Source: Oligoflexales bacterium
GTDB taxonomy: Bacteria > Bdellovibrionota_B > Oligoflexia > Oligoflexales > CAIYRB01
Direction of reading: 5' to 3'
Length of the DNA stretch: 58,251 bases
Assembly (NCBI GenBank): GCA_041736175.1
Contig: JBGSUI010000264.1
Location: 1-58,251 of the forward strand
Shown: positions 29,355-40,207 of the stretch, piece after piece
Layout of the letters: each line of letters begins with the position of its first letter
Numbering within the stretch: position 1 is the first letter of the stretch
Program-made: the position numbers and the translations under genes
Notes under the pieces: model-generated
Databases searched by the model: none
What the model saw: the letters and a program-made list of their open reading frames with translations, nothing else
What the model was told of the DNA's origin: nothing

Positions 29355-30099
29355 GCCCGCCCGCTGCGAGGCCCACTAACTTAAGTTTGTTCCTTACTTT
29401 GACATACATAGGGCCTCCGCTATCACCAGGGCAGGCTCCTGATTTTTTATCTTGGGATTCAAACTCGATCAGTCCATAGGCAAACATATCATCTCTTAAA
29501 TCCACATCCTCTTTCCTAAAAATATCTTTAATGCGGCTCGTGGTCGTGTAGAGTTTGCCTGGATTATTTTGAGCCTGGCTGAGACCTGCTGAACTGGTGT
29601 AGTCACCGTAGCCAGCGAGAATCACCGAGTCACCCACCTTAAAATCCCCATCATCGGCAAGGACTGCTGGGTTTAGATGGAGGGGAGCTGCTTGGTCCAG
29701 TTTGATCAAGGCTATATCGAAACTAAATCTTTCATTGTACTGGAGGTCGTGGCTTTCATGGACGATCGGAGTGCCAGGGATCACAATGGGTGTAACCGAG
29801 TCACCGAGCCCAAAGACCACATGGTTGATTCGTGCTTCTTTTAAGCAATGGGCGGCTGTAAGAACCCAATGGCGATCGATTAAGACACCACTGCAATAGG
29901 GGGTCCCAGCTCCACTTTGGGGAGGAGTGGCAGTGAGAGCAACTGTGGCATAATCCTTCCAAGTATACTCAGCAATGTTGATAGGATTGGCAATCTTCAA
30001 ATCATTTTGATTTTGTGATCGGTCGTTTTGGGCAGAGGGATTTTGACAGGAAGTAAGGAAGATCATGCCCCCGGTCAATACGATAAATTTAGGTTTCAT
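29266..30099 (-). CDS. Secreted trypsin-like S1 serine protease (lipoprotein)
   Basis: LTAAHC, DIALI, GDSGGP catalytic triad motifs; LTSC lipobox. Confidence 0.93.
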   Translation of the reverse strand: MKPKFIVLTGGMIFLTSCQNPSAQNDRSQNQNDLKIANPINIAEYTWKDYATVALTATPPQSGAGTPYCSGVLIDRHWVLTAAHCLKEARINHVVFGLGDSVTPIVIPGTPIVHESHDLQYNERFSFDIALIKLDQAAPLHLNPAVLADDGDFKVGDSVILAGYGDYTSSAGLSQAQNNPGKLYTTTSRIKDIFRKEDVDLRDDMFAYGLIEFESQDKKSGACPGDSGGPMYVKVRNKLKLVGLAAGGLNDGCDSKGWYTSGSFYRDWISEKLQKRD

Positions 30100-30123
30100 A
30101 AGCGGTCCTTCAAAGCAAAGCAA

Positions 30124-31023
30124 TTAGCAGCCACCAAACCATTTGCAGTCCCATTTGGAGCTGAATTCATCCCATTTTTTGGCATTGTAGGTGTCGATTT
30201 CGGAATTTTCAGCCTCAGGTTTCTTAAGAGTGCCTGCTACGATTTGTTGGGCTTCGGATTTTTCTTGAGGAGTAGGTTCTACGAAGAGAGGCTCTTTTGG
30301 CTGATCTGGTACAGATTTAAGGGTTTCGGACTCATAAATATACCTGTAGTACCAACAAAACTTACTTTGTGCCAGAGCATCGATTTTACCTTGAATGGCT
30401 TTAATCGCGGCCTGTTTATGGATAGCCACCATTCCATTGACAATTCCTGGAATTCTATCGACGATAGGTCCAAAATCAGGGGCCTTGATCTCTTCAATTT
30501 GGAATTTTAGGTCCTCTAATCTAACACTACAGACTCCTGAAAAGGTGTACTGAATGGTTGGTTTAACTTTGATCACAGCATTGATGGGCTTCTGGTTGGA
30601 TTGATCATCAGCGAGCTGGACCTTTACAAAGGCGGTCTGGGTATTTAAAGTGACGACCTTACTTTGTTCGAGCATTTTTTTAAAAAAATCCTTAAGGGGA
30701 ATGCTGATATAAACATCGATAGCAATTTTATAGAGGGCGCCCATGAGAGGCTGATTGGTGGCTTTATCCACAAAATCAATAGTGGCTCCATGCTGGCATT
30801 CGATGGTTCCAGTCTTTGCAAAACGCCAGAGCATATTAGAGTTGATACAGGGTACTTCTGGAATCAAGGGTTTCTGGTCGGAATCTGAGGCAGATGCTGA
30901 GGCAGCAACCTGCGATTCCTGGCCCCCTTCCCCGGACATATCTTTGCTTTTTATAACATTTTGGCAGGCCCCTAGGGTGCTCACTAGGATGCTGGTAACG
31001 ACCATAAAACAATTTTTAACCAC
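30124..31023 (-). CDS. hypothetical lipoprotein
   Basis: LGAC lipobox, GGAG RBS; probably co-transcribed with the S1 protease. Confidence 0.7.
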   Translation of the reverse strand: MVKNCFMVVTSILVSTLGACQNVIKSKDMSGEGGQESQVAASASASDSDQKPLIPEVPCINSNMLWRFAKTGTIECQHGATIDFVDKATNQPLMGALYKIAIDVYISIPLKDFFKKMLEQSKVVTLNTQTAFVKVQLADDQSNQKPINAVIKVKPTIQYTFSGVCSVRLEDLKFQIEEIKAPDFGPIVDRIPGIVNGMVAIHKQAAIKAIQGKIDALAQSKFCWYYRYIYESETLKSVPDQPKEPLFVEPTPQEKSEAQQIVAGTLKKPEAENSEIDTYNAKKWDEFSSKWDCKWFGGC

Positions 31024-31087
31024 TTTTAAGCTCCCAGATCTTATAAAACGTTAATCCCCTATCTAAGGACCTAACACTGGATCCCTA

Positions 31088-31103
31088 TGCATATGCTATG
31101 CCT
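31088..31103 (-). promoter_or_regulatory. sigma54-like promoter
   Basis: Minus strand AGGCATAGCATATGCA (GG-N10-GC), 65 bp upstream of 31023. Confidence 0.5.
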
Positions 31104-31295
31104 GGATCCAATAATAAAAATCCGATGAAATCAGCTTGGTTTTGGAGTTATGTGAACTGTCTAAGAGGTTAATGTCAAATATCTGATCAATTTTTTTTGA
31201 AATTTGTAAGATTTCTGTCCTGGACCTGGAAAATTATGCCAGGGTCGCAAATAAAGTTTTAACTACCCAGGATCATGATCCATTAAGCCAGGGTT

Positions 31296-31322
31296 TCAAG
31301 TCGACTCAATGGGGGCCGAAAA
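31296..31322 (+). promoter_or_regulatory. sigma28 (FliA) promoter
   Basis: TCAA-N15-GCCGAAAA upstream of 31384. Confidence 0.7.
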
Positions 31323-31383
31323 GTCTATTGTAAGGATAGCGAAGGTGTCAGGCTGATGGTTTTCAAACAGGAGATTTTGGACT

Positions 31384-32391
31384 ATGATTAGCAAAAAAAT
31401 AATGGGAACGTTGGGACTTATTGTGATGAGTCGACTAGTGGGGAGCTGTGATAGCTCAGCTCCTAAAAAACCAGAACCCCGCCGCGTCGTTGCTCAGCAG
31501 GATAATCTTGATGATAGCGAACCAGGCTCCAGTTCCCAGGCTAGCGGCGAAATCAAATCTTCTAAATCAACAAAATCTGCAGAATTTGGCGGGGAGGAAT
31601 CAACTCCGCCCATCGTCCCACAGGCTCCTACCAATGAGGAAACCAAAAAGGATTCAGAGAAGGCGGCAGCCACCACGGACTTTGGAGGCTGGTGTACCAA
31701 GGTGCTTGAGACCAAACCCTTTTCCAGTGGCCGTCTAAAGCCTCTTTTAGGGGATTTTTGCGATGGTCCTACGGCGAAACCTCTGCTCAAAGAGACCCTT
31801 ATTGCAAGCGCTTATGTCGGGAGTGGTGATCCAAAATTTACCGATATCCTTCCTCTCAGCAGCAACGCAGCCACCAGGACCACAAGTTATAGGTTTGGAG
31901 TGGCCATTAAACTGCCTTTATCTTTGAAAGACCATTTTGATAGAGCAGCTCCAAAGATGGGAGATATGGCCGAGATTAAAAAGCTTCAAGAGTCCACGGG
32001 GGCAGTAGCCACCGTTACGGTGTCGGCGCCTATTTTGGCAGACGGTCCGTTCCATACCCAAGGCTGGTCAGTGAAAAGCACAGCCATTAAACAAGTCCTA
32101 GTCCAAAGTGTCACTTCCGAAGCAACGACTCGGTCGGACCTCTTTAAGTTGGTCGACGCCAAGCAGTATCTCTATTCCCAGTACACTGACAAAGCCTTTC
32201 CTGTAAAAACTATAAAGAATTTCGACTATATCGGTGCTGGGATCACCGTCGAAAATAATTCTTACATCATTGCTGTTGTGGATATTTCCATGGACAATTT
32301 GGGGTTCAGTTCCGTTGCCGAAAATGAAGTGAAAACCCTTGCCATCAACGGTATCAAACAAATCTACACACAGGCTGAACTGGCGAAATAA
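31384..32391 (+). CDS. hypothetical lipoprotein
   Basis: VGSC lipobox, low-complexity linker, AGGAG RBS. Confidence 0.72.
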   Translation: MISKKIMGTLGLIVMSRLVGSCDSSAPKKPEPRRVVAQQDNLDDSEPGSSSQASGEIKSSKSTKSAEFGGEESTPPIVPQAPTNEETKKDSEKAAATTDFGGWCTKVLETKPFSSGRLKPLLGDFCDGPTAKPLLKETLIASAYVGSGDPKFTDILPLSSNAATRTTSYRFGVAIKLPLSLKDHFDRAAPKMGDMAEIKKLQESTGAVATVTVSAPILADGPFHTQGWSVKSTAIKQVLVQSVTSEATTRSDLFKLVDAKQYLYSQYTDKAFPVKTIKNFDYIGAGITVENNSYIIAVVDISMDNLGFSSVAENEVKTLAINGIKQIYTQAELAK

Positions 32392-32451
32392 GCGGAGACA
32401 ACGGTAGACGTCTGTGTGGCAAAACACTAAGCTTCTCTTGCGGAGGTTCCC

Positions 32452-33522
32452 ATGATTGTGATCACCCTCGGAGATCCCTTTAGTGTGACGATTGAGATTT
32501 TGGCCCAAAATTTTGCTAAGATTCAGGAGCTTAGCGAAAAATCCTGGACCAACTCCCACCCGGCATCAGGACTGGGCGTTGTGATCATCGGCAGTCTTAG
32601 CCACTGGCGTGACCAAACCGCTCGGTTAGGGCTCGTGGAGGATCTCCGTTTGAGAAAACCGTTTAAAATCGTCCAGTCTGAGACCGAGCTTTGGGAGTTG
32701 CGACCTGCACAGGGACAGGTTGTCTTTTGGGATAGGGACCTACAAGGAGAGTCGAAGGGTCCTTTTATCCCTGCCGAGGCGCTTTCCTTAAACGCCAGGG
32801 GCGAGGTTGCGGCCCACACCTTGAGGTCCCTTGAGGGGCAGAGCTTTAAAAAGTGGCCGCACTCGTCAGAAAAGCTGGCTGTGGTGACTGGGCCAGTGGA
32901 TAAGTTTGCCCTGGACCAGGTAGGGTTTAAGAGTCCCGGACAAACAGAATTTTTTGAGACTCTTTGGGGTCAAGAGGCCATCATGACTCTCGCTGGTCCT
33001 AAATTGAGAGTTGGTTTAGTCACCAACCATCACAGCCTTCGCTCTGTCGCCGATTTGATCACCCCAGAAAAAGTTCTCTTAAAAATCAAACTTTTTGTCC
33101 ATACCCTGCAATCGCTTTTTGGAGTCACCCATCCAGTCATAGGAGTTTGTGGTCTGAATCCCCATGCGGGCGACCAGGGAAAATTTGGGGACGAGGAGAT
33201 CACATGCCTAAGTCCAGCGATCAAACAAGCCCGAGAGGCTCTTACAAACGCCACGATTGTCGGACCGATTCCGGCGGATACGGCATTTTATCGGGGGTTT
33301 CACGGTACTTTCGATGGGGTTTTGGCCATGTATCATGACCAAGGTTTAGGGCCTCTTAAATTGGTTCATTTTGACGAAGCCATCAACGTTTCTGGTGGAC
33401 TGCCTCACTTGCGAGTCTCCCCAGATCATGGGCCAGCACAGGATCTTTACTTAAAGTGTCGCGCCTCCCCAAGGAGTTTTTTAGCAGCGTTAGATTTAGC
33501 TTGGTGCTATGTGCAGTCTTAA
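32452..33522 (+). CDS. pdxA: 4-hydroxythreonine-4-phosphate dehydrogenase
   Basis: ITLGDP, TGPVDK, GLNPHAG, GPIPADT, AMYHDQGL, RVSPDHG. Confidence 0.92.
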   Translation: MIVITLGDPFSVTIEILAQNFAKIQELSEKSWTNSHPASGLGVVIIGSLSHWRDQTARLGLVEDLRLRKPFKIVQSETELWELRPAQGQVVFWDRDLQGESKGPFIPAEALSLNARGEVAAHTLRSLEGQSFKKWPHSSEKLAVVTGPVDKFALDQVGFKSPGQTEFFETLWGQEAIMTLAGPKLRVGLVTNHHSLRSVADLITPEKVLLKIKLFVHTLQSLFGVTHPVIGVCGLNPHAGDQGKFGDEEITCLSPAIKQAREALTNATIVGPIPADTAFYRGFHGTFDGVLAMYHDQGLGPLKLVHFDEAINVSGGLPHLRVSPDHGPAQDLYLKCRASPRSFLAALDLAWCYVQS

Positions 33523-33525
33523 TGA

Positions 33526-36132
33526 TTGGAAGACAGGGGATTTATGTCAATGAAAAACGCACGAACGGAAATCACTGTATCCGGAGCTCGTGAACACAAC
33601 CTTAAAAATGTTGATCTCACCATCGAACGGGGCAAGATTACAGTGATCACTGGTGTGAGCGGCTCGGGAAAAAGTTCGTTAGCTTTTGACACCATTTTAG
33701 CGGAATCTCGGCGTAGGTTTTTCTATACCTTATCCCATTACAGCCGTCAGTTTTTAGATCTTTCCAGCCGACCATCGGTGCGAGCGATCAGTGGGTTATC
33801 CCCTTCTATTTACCTAGCGCAAAATGAAACTCCCCCATCCCGTCGGGCCAGCATTGCGACTCTCACGGATATGGGGGAGATGCTCGGCGTCTTTTTTAGT
33901 CGGTTTGGCCAGCAATTTTGTCCAAAACATGGAGAACCAACCCTCGCCTTTACCAGTAGTATGATGGTCGACCAGCTTTTACGGGATGCCAATGGAAAGA
34001 TGGTGATTCTCTGCGCTCCTATCGCCGAGGCAAAAAAAGGCAACTTTAAGTCGACCATGATGGCTCTTGCCGCAAAGGGATTTTTGCGGGTATGGATCAA
34101 TGGCACCATTCACGAGTTAGAGCATTTTCCAAACCTATCCAGCGACAAAAAACATACGGTTAAACTTATCGTTGATGGCTTAAAGATTAAACCCGAATCC
34201 CAGCAAAGAATCCAGCGCAGCATCGAAAACGCTCTTGAGGCTAGCCAAGGGATTTTAGAGTGGTTTCCTACGGACTACAAGGGCGATTTGCTGATCCAAC
34301 AGGGGGGACGATACTCACTTAAAGCTGGTTGTCAAACCTGTGGGTATGCTTGGCCTAAACTTGATCCAAGGTATTTCGCTGCAAATTCTCTAGGTAAATG
34401 CCCCGCCTGTGAGGGCCGAGGCTATTTGGGATTATCGAAGACAGAGATGGAGTCTTGGGATGCTGTGGTCGAAGATGACGAAGCAGAATCTGAAAATCGT
34501 GATGACACCATCCACCTTGCGGAAAAACTATGTGATACCTGTATGGGCACGGGTTTAGATCCTAAACTATATTCGATAAAGTTTGGCACCAACTCGATCC
34601 TAGATGTGCATAAGACCCCGTTAGGTTTGCTGGAACCGTTTTTAGAGTCGCTCCAAAATGATACTGCATTAATGCAAAATAAAGCTGCCGGTCGGATCCT
34701 CGACGAACTTTTGCCAATCTGTCGCCGTTTGACTAAGATGGGGCTTGGATACCTGACCCTAAGTCGGCGACTGTTTACCCTATCTGCCGGGGAACTACAG
34801 CGTATTAAGCTCGCAGGGATCTTGGGTGGCAGGCTCCATGGAATCCTTTACGTGCTTGATGAACCAAGTCAGGGACTCCATCACCTAGAGGTCAATCAGA
34901 TCGCAGAGGCACTGGTTGACCTTAAAAAAGATGGAAGCACCGTGATCGTCGTGGACCACGACGAGGGCTTTATGAAGTATGCCGATTGGATTGTAGACCT
35001 CGGCCCTGGAGGAGGCCAAGAGGGAGGGCACCTTGTGGCAAAATTTAAGCCACAAGATGCTCTTCGATACGCAGATCAGTCCCTGACCGCTCGGTACCTT
35101 TCCCAAAACCATCAGGTCGACGAGGTCAAGAAGCGGGATTTACCAGAGTCTCCCGGGATGATCGAGGTCCGGGAGGCAACGATTTATAATCTTCAGATTC
35201 CCGTAGCGAGATTTCCCCTGAGTGGATTTACAGTGGTCACGGGTGTTTCTGGAGCGGGGAAAAGCTCGCTAGTGATTGAAACCCTTTATCCTAGGCTTTT
35301 AAGCTGGGTCCAAGGGGATGCTAACATAAGGGATAAGCTTTCTCCGCTGATTCGGATTGTCGGTGAGTCTAGCGAATCAACCGCTTATCGAATAGAAATG
35401 ATTGACCGTAAAAAGATTGCTAAGAGCAGTGTCAGCATCCCTGCGTCCTATTTAGATGTGCTATCGGATCTACGTGATCTCTTTGGTGGCCTGCCGGAGT
35501 CCCAGATTCTAGGGTTGTCTCCGAGGAGTTTTTCTCTGGCTGTGGAAGGCGGGAGGTGCGGCGAGTGTAAAGGGAGGGGAGTTATCCAACTCAAGATGCG
35601 GTTTTTAGCGGATTCCCAAGTGGTTTGCCCCCTTTGCCGGGGAGAGCGCTTTACGTCCCAGGTTTTAAGCGTCCGTTATTTAGGCTATCACATCGCCCAG
35701 ATCCTTGACATGAGCCTTTCTGAGGTTGCGGACTTGCTTGTAAACCATAAAAAGATAGTAGGCAAAATAGCTCCGGCCCTAGAACTAGGTCTAGGTTATC
35801 TCAAGCTTGGCCAACCTACTGCGAGTTTATCGGGCGGCGAAGCCCAGCGGCTTAAGCTGGTGCCGCATTTTTATCAGGGCACGGCGGTCACAAAAAAAAG
35901 GCTGGGGAAAGGTACGATCCTAATCATGGACGAACCAACGACCGGACTGCATATTGTGGACGTTAAGCGGCTTATCAAAGTGATTCAACAAATGGCAGAG
36001 GCAGGGACCACTATTATAGCGATTGAACATCATCCCGAAGTGATGCGTGCCGCTGATTGGAACCTGGAAATAGGACCGGGGGCGGCAAACGAGGGTGGGC
36101 GACTGGTTTATGAAGGGCCGCCTAAGTTGTAG
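33526..36132 (+). CDS. uvrA: UvrA-family excinuclease ATPase (868 aa, possibly a paralog)
   Basis: GAREHNLKN, GVSGSGKSS, GVSGAGKSS, zinc-finger CxxC pairs, LSGGEAQRLKL, DEPTTGLH. Confidence 0.88.
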   Translation: MEDRGFMSMKNARTEITVSGAREHNLKNVDLTIERGKITVITGVSGSGKSSLAFDTILAESRRRFFYTLSHYSRQFLDLSSRPSVRAISGLSPSIYLAQNETPPSRRASIATLTDMGEMLGVFFSRFGQQFCPKHGEPTLAFTSSMMVDQLLRDANGKMVILCAPIAEAKKGNFKSTMMALAAKGFLRVWINGTIHELEHFPNLSSDKKHTVKLIVDGLKIKPESQQRIQRSIENALEASQGILEWFPTDYKGDLLIQQGGRYSLKAGCQTCGYAWPKLDPRYFAANSLGKCPACEGRGYLGLSKTEMESWDAVVEDDEAESENRDDTIHLAEKLCDTCMGTGLDPKLYSIKFGTNSILDVHKTPLGLLEPFLESLQNDTALMQNKAAGRILDELLPICRRLTKMGLGYLTLSRRLFTLSAGELQRIKLAGILGGRLHGILYVLDEPSQGLHHLEVNQIAEALVDLKKDGSTVIVVDHDEGFMKYADWIVDLGPGGGQEGGHLVAKFKPQDALRYADQSLTARYLSQNHQVDEVKKRDLPESPGMIEVREATIYNLQIPVARFPLSGFTVVTGVSGAGKSSLVIETLYPRLLSWVQGDANIRDKLSPLIRIVGESSESTAYRIEMIDRKKIAKSSVSIPASYLDVLSDLRDLFGGLPESQILGLSPRSFSLAVEGGRCGECKGRGVIQLKMRFLADSQVVCPLCRGERFTSQVLSVRYLGYHIAQILDMSLSEVADLLVNHKKIVGKIAPALELGLGYLKLGQPTASLSGGEAQRLKLVPHFYQGTAVTKKRLGKGTILIMDEPTTGLHIVDVKRLIKVIQQMAEAGTTIIAIEHHPEVMRAADWNLEIGPGAANEGGRLVYEGPPKL

Positions 36133-36929
36133 TGCAGCATGTAGTCCCGTAGGAGTTTATACTCCTGTGCAGAGACTGAGCCATCTTCGTGGCATCGGAT
36201 CAGCTCGTGTTTTTGGCAGATTCCAGGCTGGCGGCCTAAACAGCTGATTGTGCGGTAAGGGTTTGATGTTGGCTTATGGCGCACGTCCAGCCTCTGGGTT
36301 TCAAAGAGTTTATGATCCCGGGCGGCGGTCAGCAAAAAGTGTGCAGTGACGTTGGCGGGCAGGAGCACCCAAAAAGCCCCCTTTTCATGGAGCAATAGGT
36401 CCACGGCGGTCAGAAGGGTCTTAAAGTCCAGTCCGTCGGCATCAGCATGCCAGGCTAGACTTCGCTCGGGGAGTTTAGGGCGGAGTGAATTCTGGTAGAA
36501 AGGTGGATTCGAGACGATCATGTCATAGGAAATCAGGGTGGCGTTGGAGGCAGGGGGAGCGAGTTTGTCCCTCAGAAACTCCTGGAGAGAGCAGGGGATC
36601 ACTTTGATGCGGGATCCAAAAGGGCTGGCGTCCACGTTTTGCTGGGCGACCTTTGCGGCGACCGGGTCGATCTCGATGGCATCGAAGGTGGCCAAAGCCG
36701 ATGCTCGTTGGGCGATCATAAGGGATAGGAGCCCCGTTCCGGTGCCGATATCTAGGATGCGCAGGGCGTTTTCTACGCTGACAAAAGCACCGAAGATACA
36801 GGCGTCCGATGAGACTTTCATGGCGCAGCCAGCTTGGTTGACCCGAAACTGCTTGAAGGTGAAATGCTCATTCCGTTGGCGTCGCCCCTTCTTCTGGCTC
36901 ATCAAAACTCCATCAACCGAGTGGGTCAT
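36108..36929 (-). CDS. trmN6: tRNA1(Val) adenine(37)-N6 methyltransferase
   Basis: FTFKQF...AMKVSSD, LDIGTGTGLL, VSNPPFY; start may be 36902. Confidence 0.88.
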   Translation of the reverse strand: MTHSVDGVLMSQKKGRRQRNEHFTFKQFRVNQAGCAMKVSSDACIFGAFVSVENALRILDIGTGTGLLSLMIAQRASALATFDAIEIDPVAAKVAQQNVDASPFGSRIKVIPCSLQEFLRDKLAPPASNATLISYDMIVSNPPFYQNSLRPKLPERSLAWHADADGLDFKTLLTAVDLLLHEKGAFWVLLPANVTAHFLLTAARDHKLFETQRLDVRHKPTSNPYRTISCLGRQPGICQKHELIRCHEDGSVSAQEYKLLRDYMLHYNLGGPS

Positions 36930-36947
36930 TAAGGTATCATCAAGGGA

Positions 36948-39014
36948 TTAGGGGGACATCCAAATTCTTTGGTCTGCAGCACACTCAAAGGCATCTAGGG
37001 TGGGTAAAAGACCAGCGGCTTTATCGAGGATGGTCACAGCCGTATAGGGATTTTCAGTGGCATAGCAGTTATTGATCGTAGAATTGACGTCGGTTGCTTC
37101 TACATCCATCCGGATTTCTACAAGGCTAGCTTTGAGCCAGTCCGGGTTGAGAGCCAGATGGAAAAGTCTCTGGATCATGGGTTCTAATCCAAAATCAGTC
37201 GGTGGTTCGATTCTGTTGACGCTGGAATTGACTCCATCAACATACACTTTATAACCAAAACCTTTTTTCTGAACGGTAGTTTCGTTAAACTGGGGCGCCA
37301 CAGCTCCACGATTTTGCATTAGCAATACTGCATAGGGTGTTGCGGAGAGACCGCCTGCTCCATTGCTCCTTCTGCAAAGGTATTTTGACACAAGCCATGG
37401 CCTAAGGTGCGATCCATCTTGGCCCTGGGTCTTGCATTGGTCTCGTTCTTTGGCGTCTACAGCCAGAAGACTTGTATCGAGACCTACCAGTAAGGAGCTT
37501 GTATTTGAAAACGCTTCGTAACCAGCCTCATCAACAATTTTAGCCCGCGCTCTGAGAGGCACCTCAGTCGTAAAGGGATACTCAAAGGTTAAAATTTTAT
37601 TGTTTCGGTCGTCTTTGATGGTAGAGGGGACCTTGGTCCAGGTTTGCCCATCGAGGGTTAACTCCACATAGATTCCTTCGTTTCTTAGTGGGGCTCCCTC
37701 GACCTGGACTGTGGCCACAAGTTGGAGGGGAGTTTTTAATTCGGGTTTGGCTATTTTTGGGTCCCCCAAAATCGAAACCTTAGGGATGATCTTAGAGATA
37801 AATATTGGCAATTTAATCGAAGTAGCTAAAAAATCTTTGCCTGACACCTTATCTTTAAAGACCAGGGAAGCATAGATATGATGCAATCCAGCGAGAGGGG
37901 GTGGAAGTTTGATAGACATGGATTTTTCGAAGTTTTGAGTCCAAAGCAAACCTATATTCTCGTTGAGATCAGATAAACTCGATGGTGATTTATTTGAAAA
38001 ATAAACGATCATATTACTTTTATAAATATCAACAAGATTTTCGGGTAGAACTGCTCCGGTATTTCCATCCAGGAGTTTAAGTTTGAGTCCTAACTCGGTA
38101 TTTTGGAGGTAGGTGACTTGGATCTTGCCACCCTCTGATTGAAATGGTCCCTTGAGACCGACGGTATCGATGGCAAGAGCATAGTTTGCGACAGTCGGTC
38201 GTGATGGTTCCTTCACCTCCGCAAGGTTGCCGGCACCATCACGACAGGTGACGATGACAAAAGGAGTGCCCTTTAGGGCTTCAGCCTTAAGGACTGTGGA
38301 CCCGGTAAAGGTCAGCGGGCCGCCGGGGATTTGCCCCGGAGTGGTGATAGGGGTTAAGTTGACCGTTTGGGTCGATGTATCACCTAGTAGCTGGACTTCA
38401 GCTGGTCCGCAAGTGGCGGATTTTTCGTCGACGACTGTCAAGGTAATATTGAGGGTGCGATCTCCAACTTCATTAGGTGATTCTATGATGGGGGATAAAC
38501 TGATTTTAGGTGAGTCATAATCAGCGATTAATTTTTTTTGCCAAGATTTGGCTGGAGTAACTCCTTGGATGGTTCCCTGGGGCTCTACGATGACGGTGAG
38601 CTCACCGCTTTTAAGTAAGGGGATGTCCCAGACTATTTCGCGAAGGTTTTCGGTTTTTTCCCAAAGGGAGCCGCCTTCAGCATCAAGGACTTGGACTTTG
38701 ACGGGCGAAAAAAAATCTTTAAGCCTCAAATAGTCTGGCATGGTGGGTTCAAGTGGAGAGATCTTAAACTTGGTAACCAGTCCAAGGTTTCTGATGTTGG
38801 TGGGATTTTTTGCATCCAAATCTATCAGGGAACCAGACAAATCTAGCTGCGACAAAATTTGTTGTTGGAGAGCAGCACTCCGGGGATTGGGATTTCGCAG
38901 GTCGACTTGACGGCCGATTTTCGGCCCACAGGCACTGCTGAGAAAAGCTAAGAAAAACCCTGTATAAGGTCGGAGTAAGTGGTTTTTCATTCTGCAAAAA
39001 TTTATTAGGTTCAA
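36948..39014 (-). CDS. Large beta-rich (Ig-like) lipoprotein
   Basis: SSAC lipobox, CRDGAGN Ig-like motif, AGGAGG RBS. Confidence 0.7.
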   Translation of the reverse strand: MNLINFCRMKNHLLRPYTGFFLAFLSSACGPKIGRQVDLRNPNPRSAALQQQILSQLDLSGSLIDLDAKNPTNIRNLGLVTKFKISPLEPTMPDYLRLKDFFSPVKVQVLDAEGGSLWEKTENLREIVWDIPLLKSGELTVIVEPQGTIQGVTPAKSWQKKLIADYDSPKISLSPIIESPNEVGDRTLNITLTVVDEKSATCGPAEVQLLGDTSTQTVNLTPITTPGQIPGGPLTFTGSTVLKAEALKGTPFVIVTCRDGAGNLAEVKEPSRPTVANYALAIDTVGLKGPFQSEGGKIQVTYLQNTELGLKLKLLDGNTGAVLPENLVDIYKSNMIVYFSNKSPSSLSDLNENIGLLWTQNFEKSMSIKLPPPLAGLHHIYASLVFKDKVSGKDFLATSIKLPIFISKIIPKVSILGDPKIAKPELKTPLQLVATVQVEGAPLRNEGIYVELTLDGQTWTKVPSTIKDDRNNKILTFEYPFTTEVPLRARAKIVDEAGYEAFSNTSSLLVGLDTSLLAVDAKERDQCKTQGQDGSHLRPWLVSKYLCRRSNGAGGLSATPYAVLLMQNRGAVAPQFNETTVQKKGFGYKVYVDGVNSSVNRIEPPTDFGLEPMIQRLFHLALNPDWLKASLVEIRMDVEATDVNSTINNCYATENPYTAVTILDKAAGLLPTLDAFECAADQRIWMSP

Positions 39015-39324
39015 TATCTGATGCCTCCTTCTTGTCTGGGGTTAAAGAACCAGGTCTCCTCGGGCTTATCGACAAGACGGAGTCATGGTTATAATTAAAA
39101 ATTGTTTTACAAATTTATCTAATAAATATAGCTAATTATATTTACTGCGACAATCTTTTTAAACCCATCCCAAACTGGCGGGATAAAATGATACCACCTT
39201 AAAAGGGTGCATAATCGAGCCTTTCAAGGGCCGGCCCGTTTGAAGGCCGACGAGGCGTTCTAGATCCTTTTCAATCCTTTCCATTTGGGAAGTTTGTCTA
39301 GAGTTTGGAGCGGCACTTCAGGAT

Positions 39325-40191
39325 CTATTCACCGTAGGTGTAGACCCCTTGCTTGGTTTTACGTCCCAAAAGCTTAGCGTCAACATACTTTTGTAGGAGA
39401 GGCGAAGGGCGATATTTGGGATCTCCCAATCCGCGGTGCAGGACTTCAAGGATCGAAAGGCAAGTGTCTAATCCAATAAAATCTGCTAAAGCGATCGGAC
39501 CCATTGGCTGATTCGTTCCTAGCTTCATTCCACGATCGATATCTTCTGCAGTTGCGACCCCTTCTCTGAGGACCTCAAAGGCCTCGTTGATCATGGGCAT
39601 AAGGATTCTATTGATGACAAAACCAGGATAATCCTCACTGCGAATGGTCTCTTTGCCCAAACTTTTACAAAATAAGAGGGTCTTATCAAGGGTTTCTGGG
39701 GAGGTCTTTAGACCCTTAATAACCTCCACAAGCTTCATCAAGGGGACAGGGTTCATAAAGTGAATGCCAATCACCCTCTCTGGATACAAGCTATAGCTTG
39801 CTAGTTTAGTAATAGAAATAGATGAGGTGTTGGTTCCGATCACGGCTTCAGGAGCCAAGAGCTCGTCAAGTTTTTTGAGGATATCACCTTTGGCCGCAAT
39901 GTTTTCTTGGATTGCTTCAATGGCTAAATCACAGGTTTTTAATCGGTTTAGATCGGTCCCAAAGTCTATGAGACCAAGGGACTTTTTTTGTACTTCAGCG
40001 GATAACTGCCCTTTAGCTACCAGTTTAGCCAGGGAATTTTCGATACTGGATTTTGCCTTTTCCACAGATGTAGGGTTGATGTCGTTTAGAAAGACCTTAA
40101 ACCCACTTGTGGCGCATACTTGGGCGATTCCAGCCCCCATCTGCCCTGAGCCGATCACGGCTATTTGTTTAAACCCTGTTGCTTCAGTCAT
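39325..40191 (-). CDS. hbd: 3-hydroxybutyryl-CoA dehydrogenase
   Basis: GSGQMGAGIAQ, TNTSSISIT, GIHFMNPVP, PMGPIALADFIGLD. Confidence 0.95.
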   Translation of the reverse strand: MTEATGFKQIAVIGSGQMGAGIAQVCATSGFKVFLNDINPTSVEKAKSSIENSLAKLVAKGQLSAEVQKKSLGLIDFGTDLNRLKTCDLAIEAIQENIAAKGDILKKLDELLAPEAVIGTNTSSISITKLASYSLYPERVIGIHFMNPVPLMKLVEVIKGLKTSPETLDKTLLFCKSLGKETIRSEDYPGFVINRILMPMINEAFEVLREGVATAEDIDRGMKLGTNQPMGPIALADFIGLDTCLSILEVLHRGLGDPKYRPSPLLQKYVDAKLLGRKTKQGVYTYGE

Positions 40192-40207
40192 TGCAAGTCT
40201 CCAGTTG

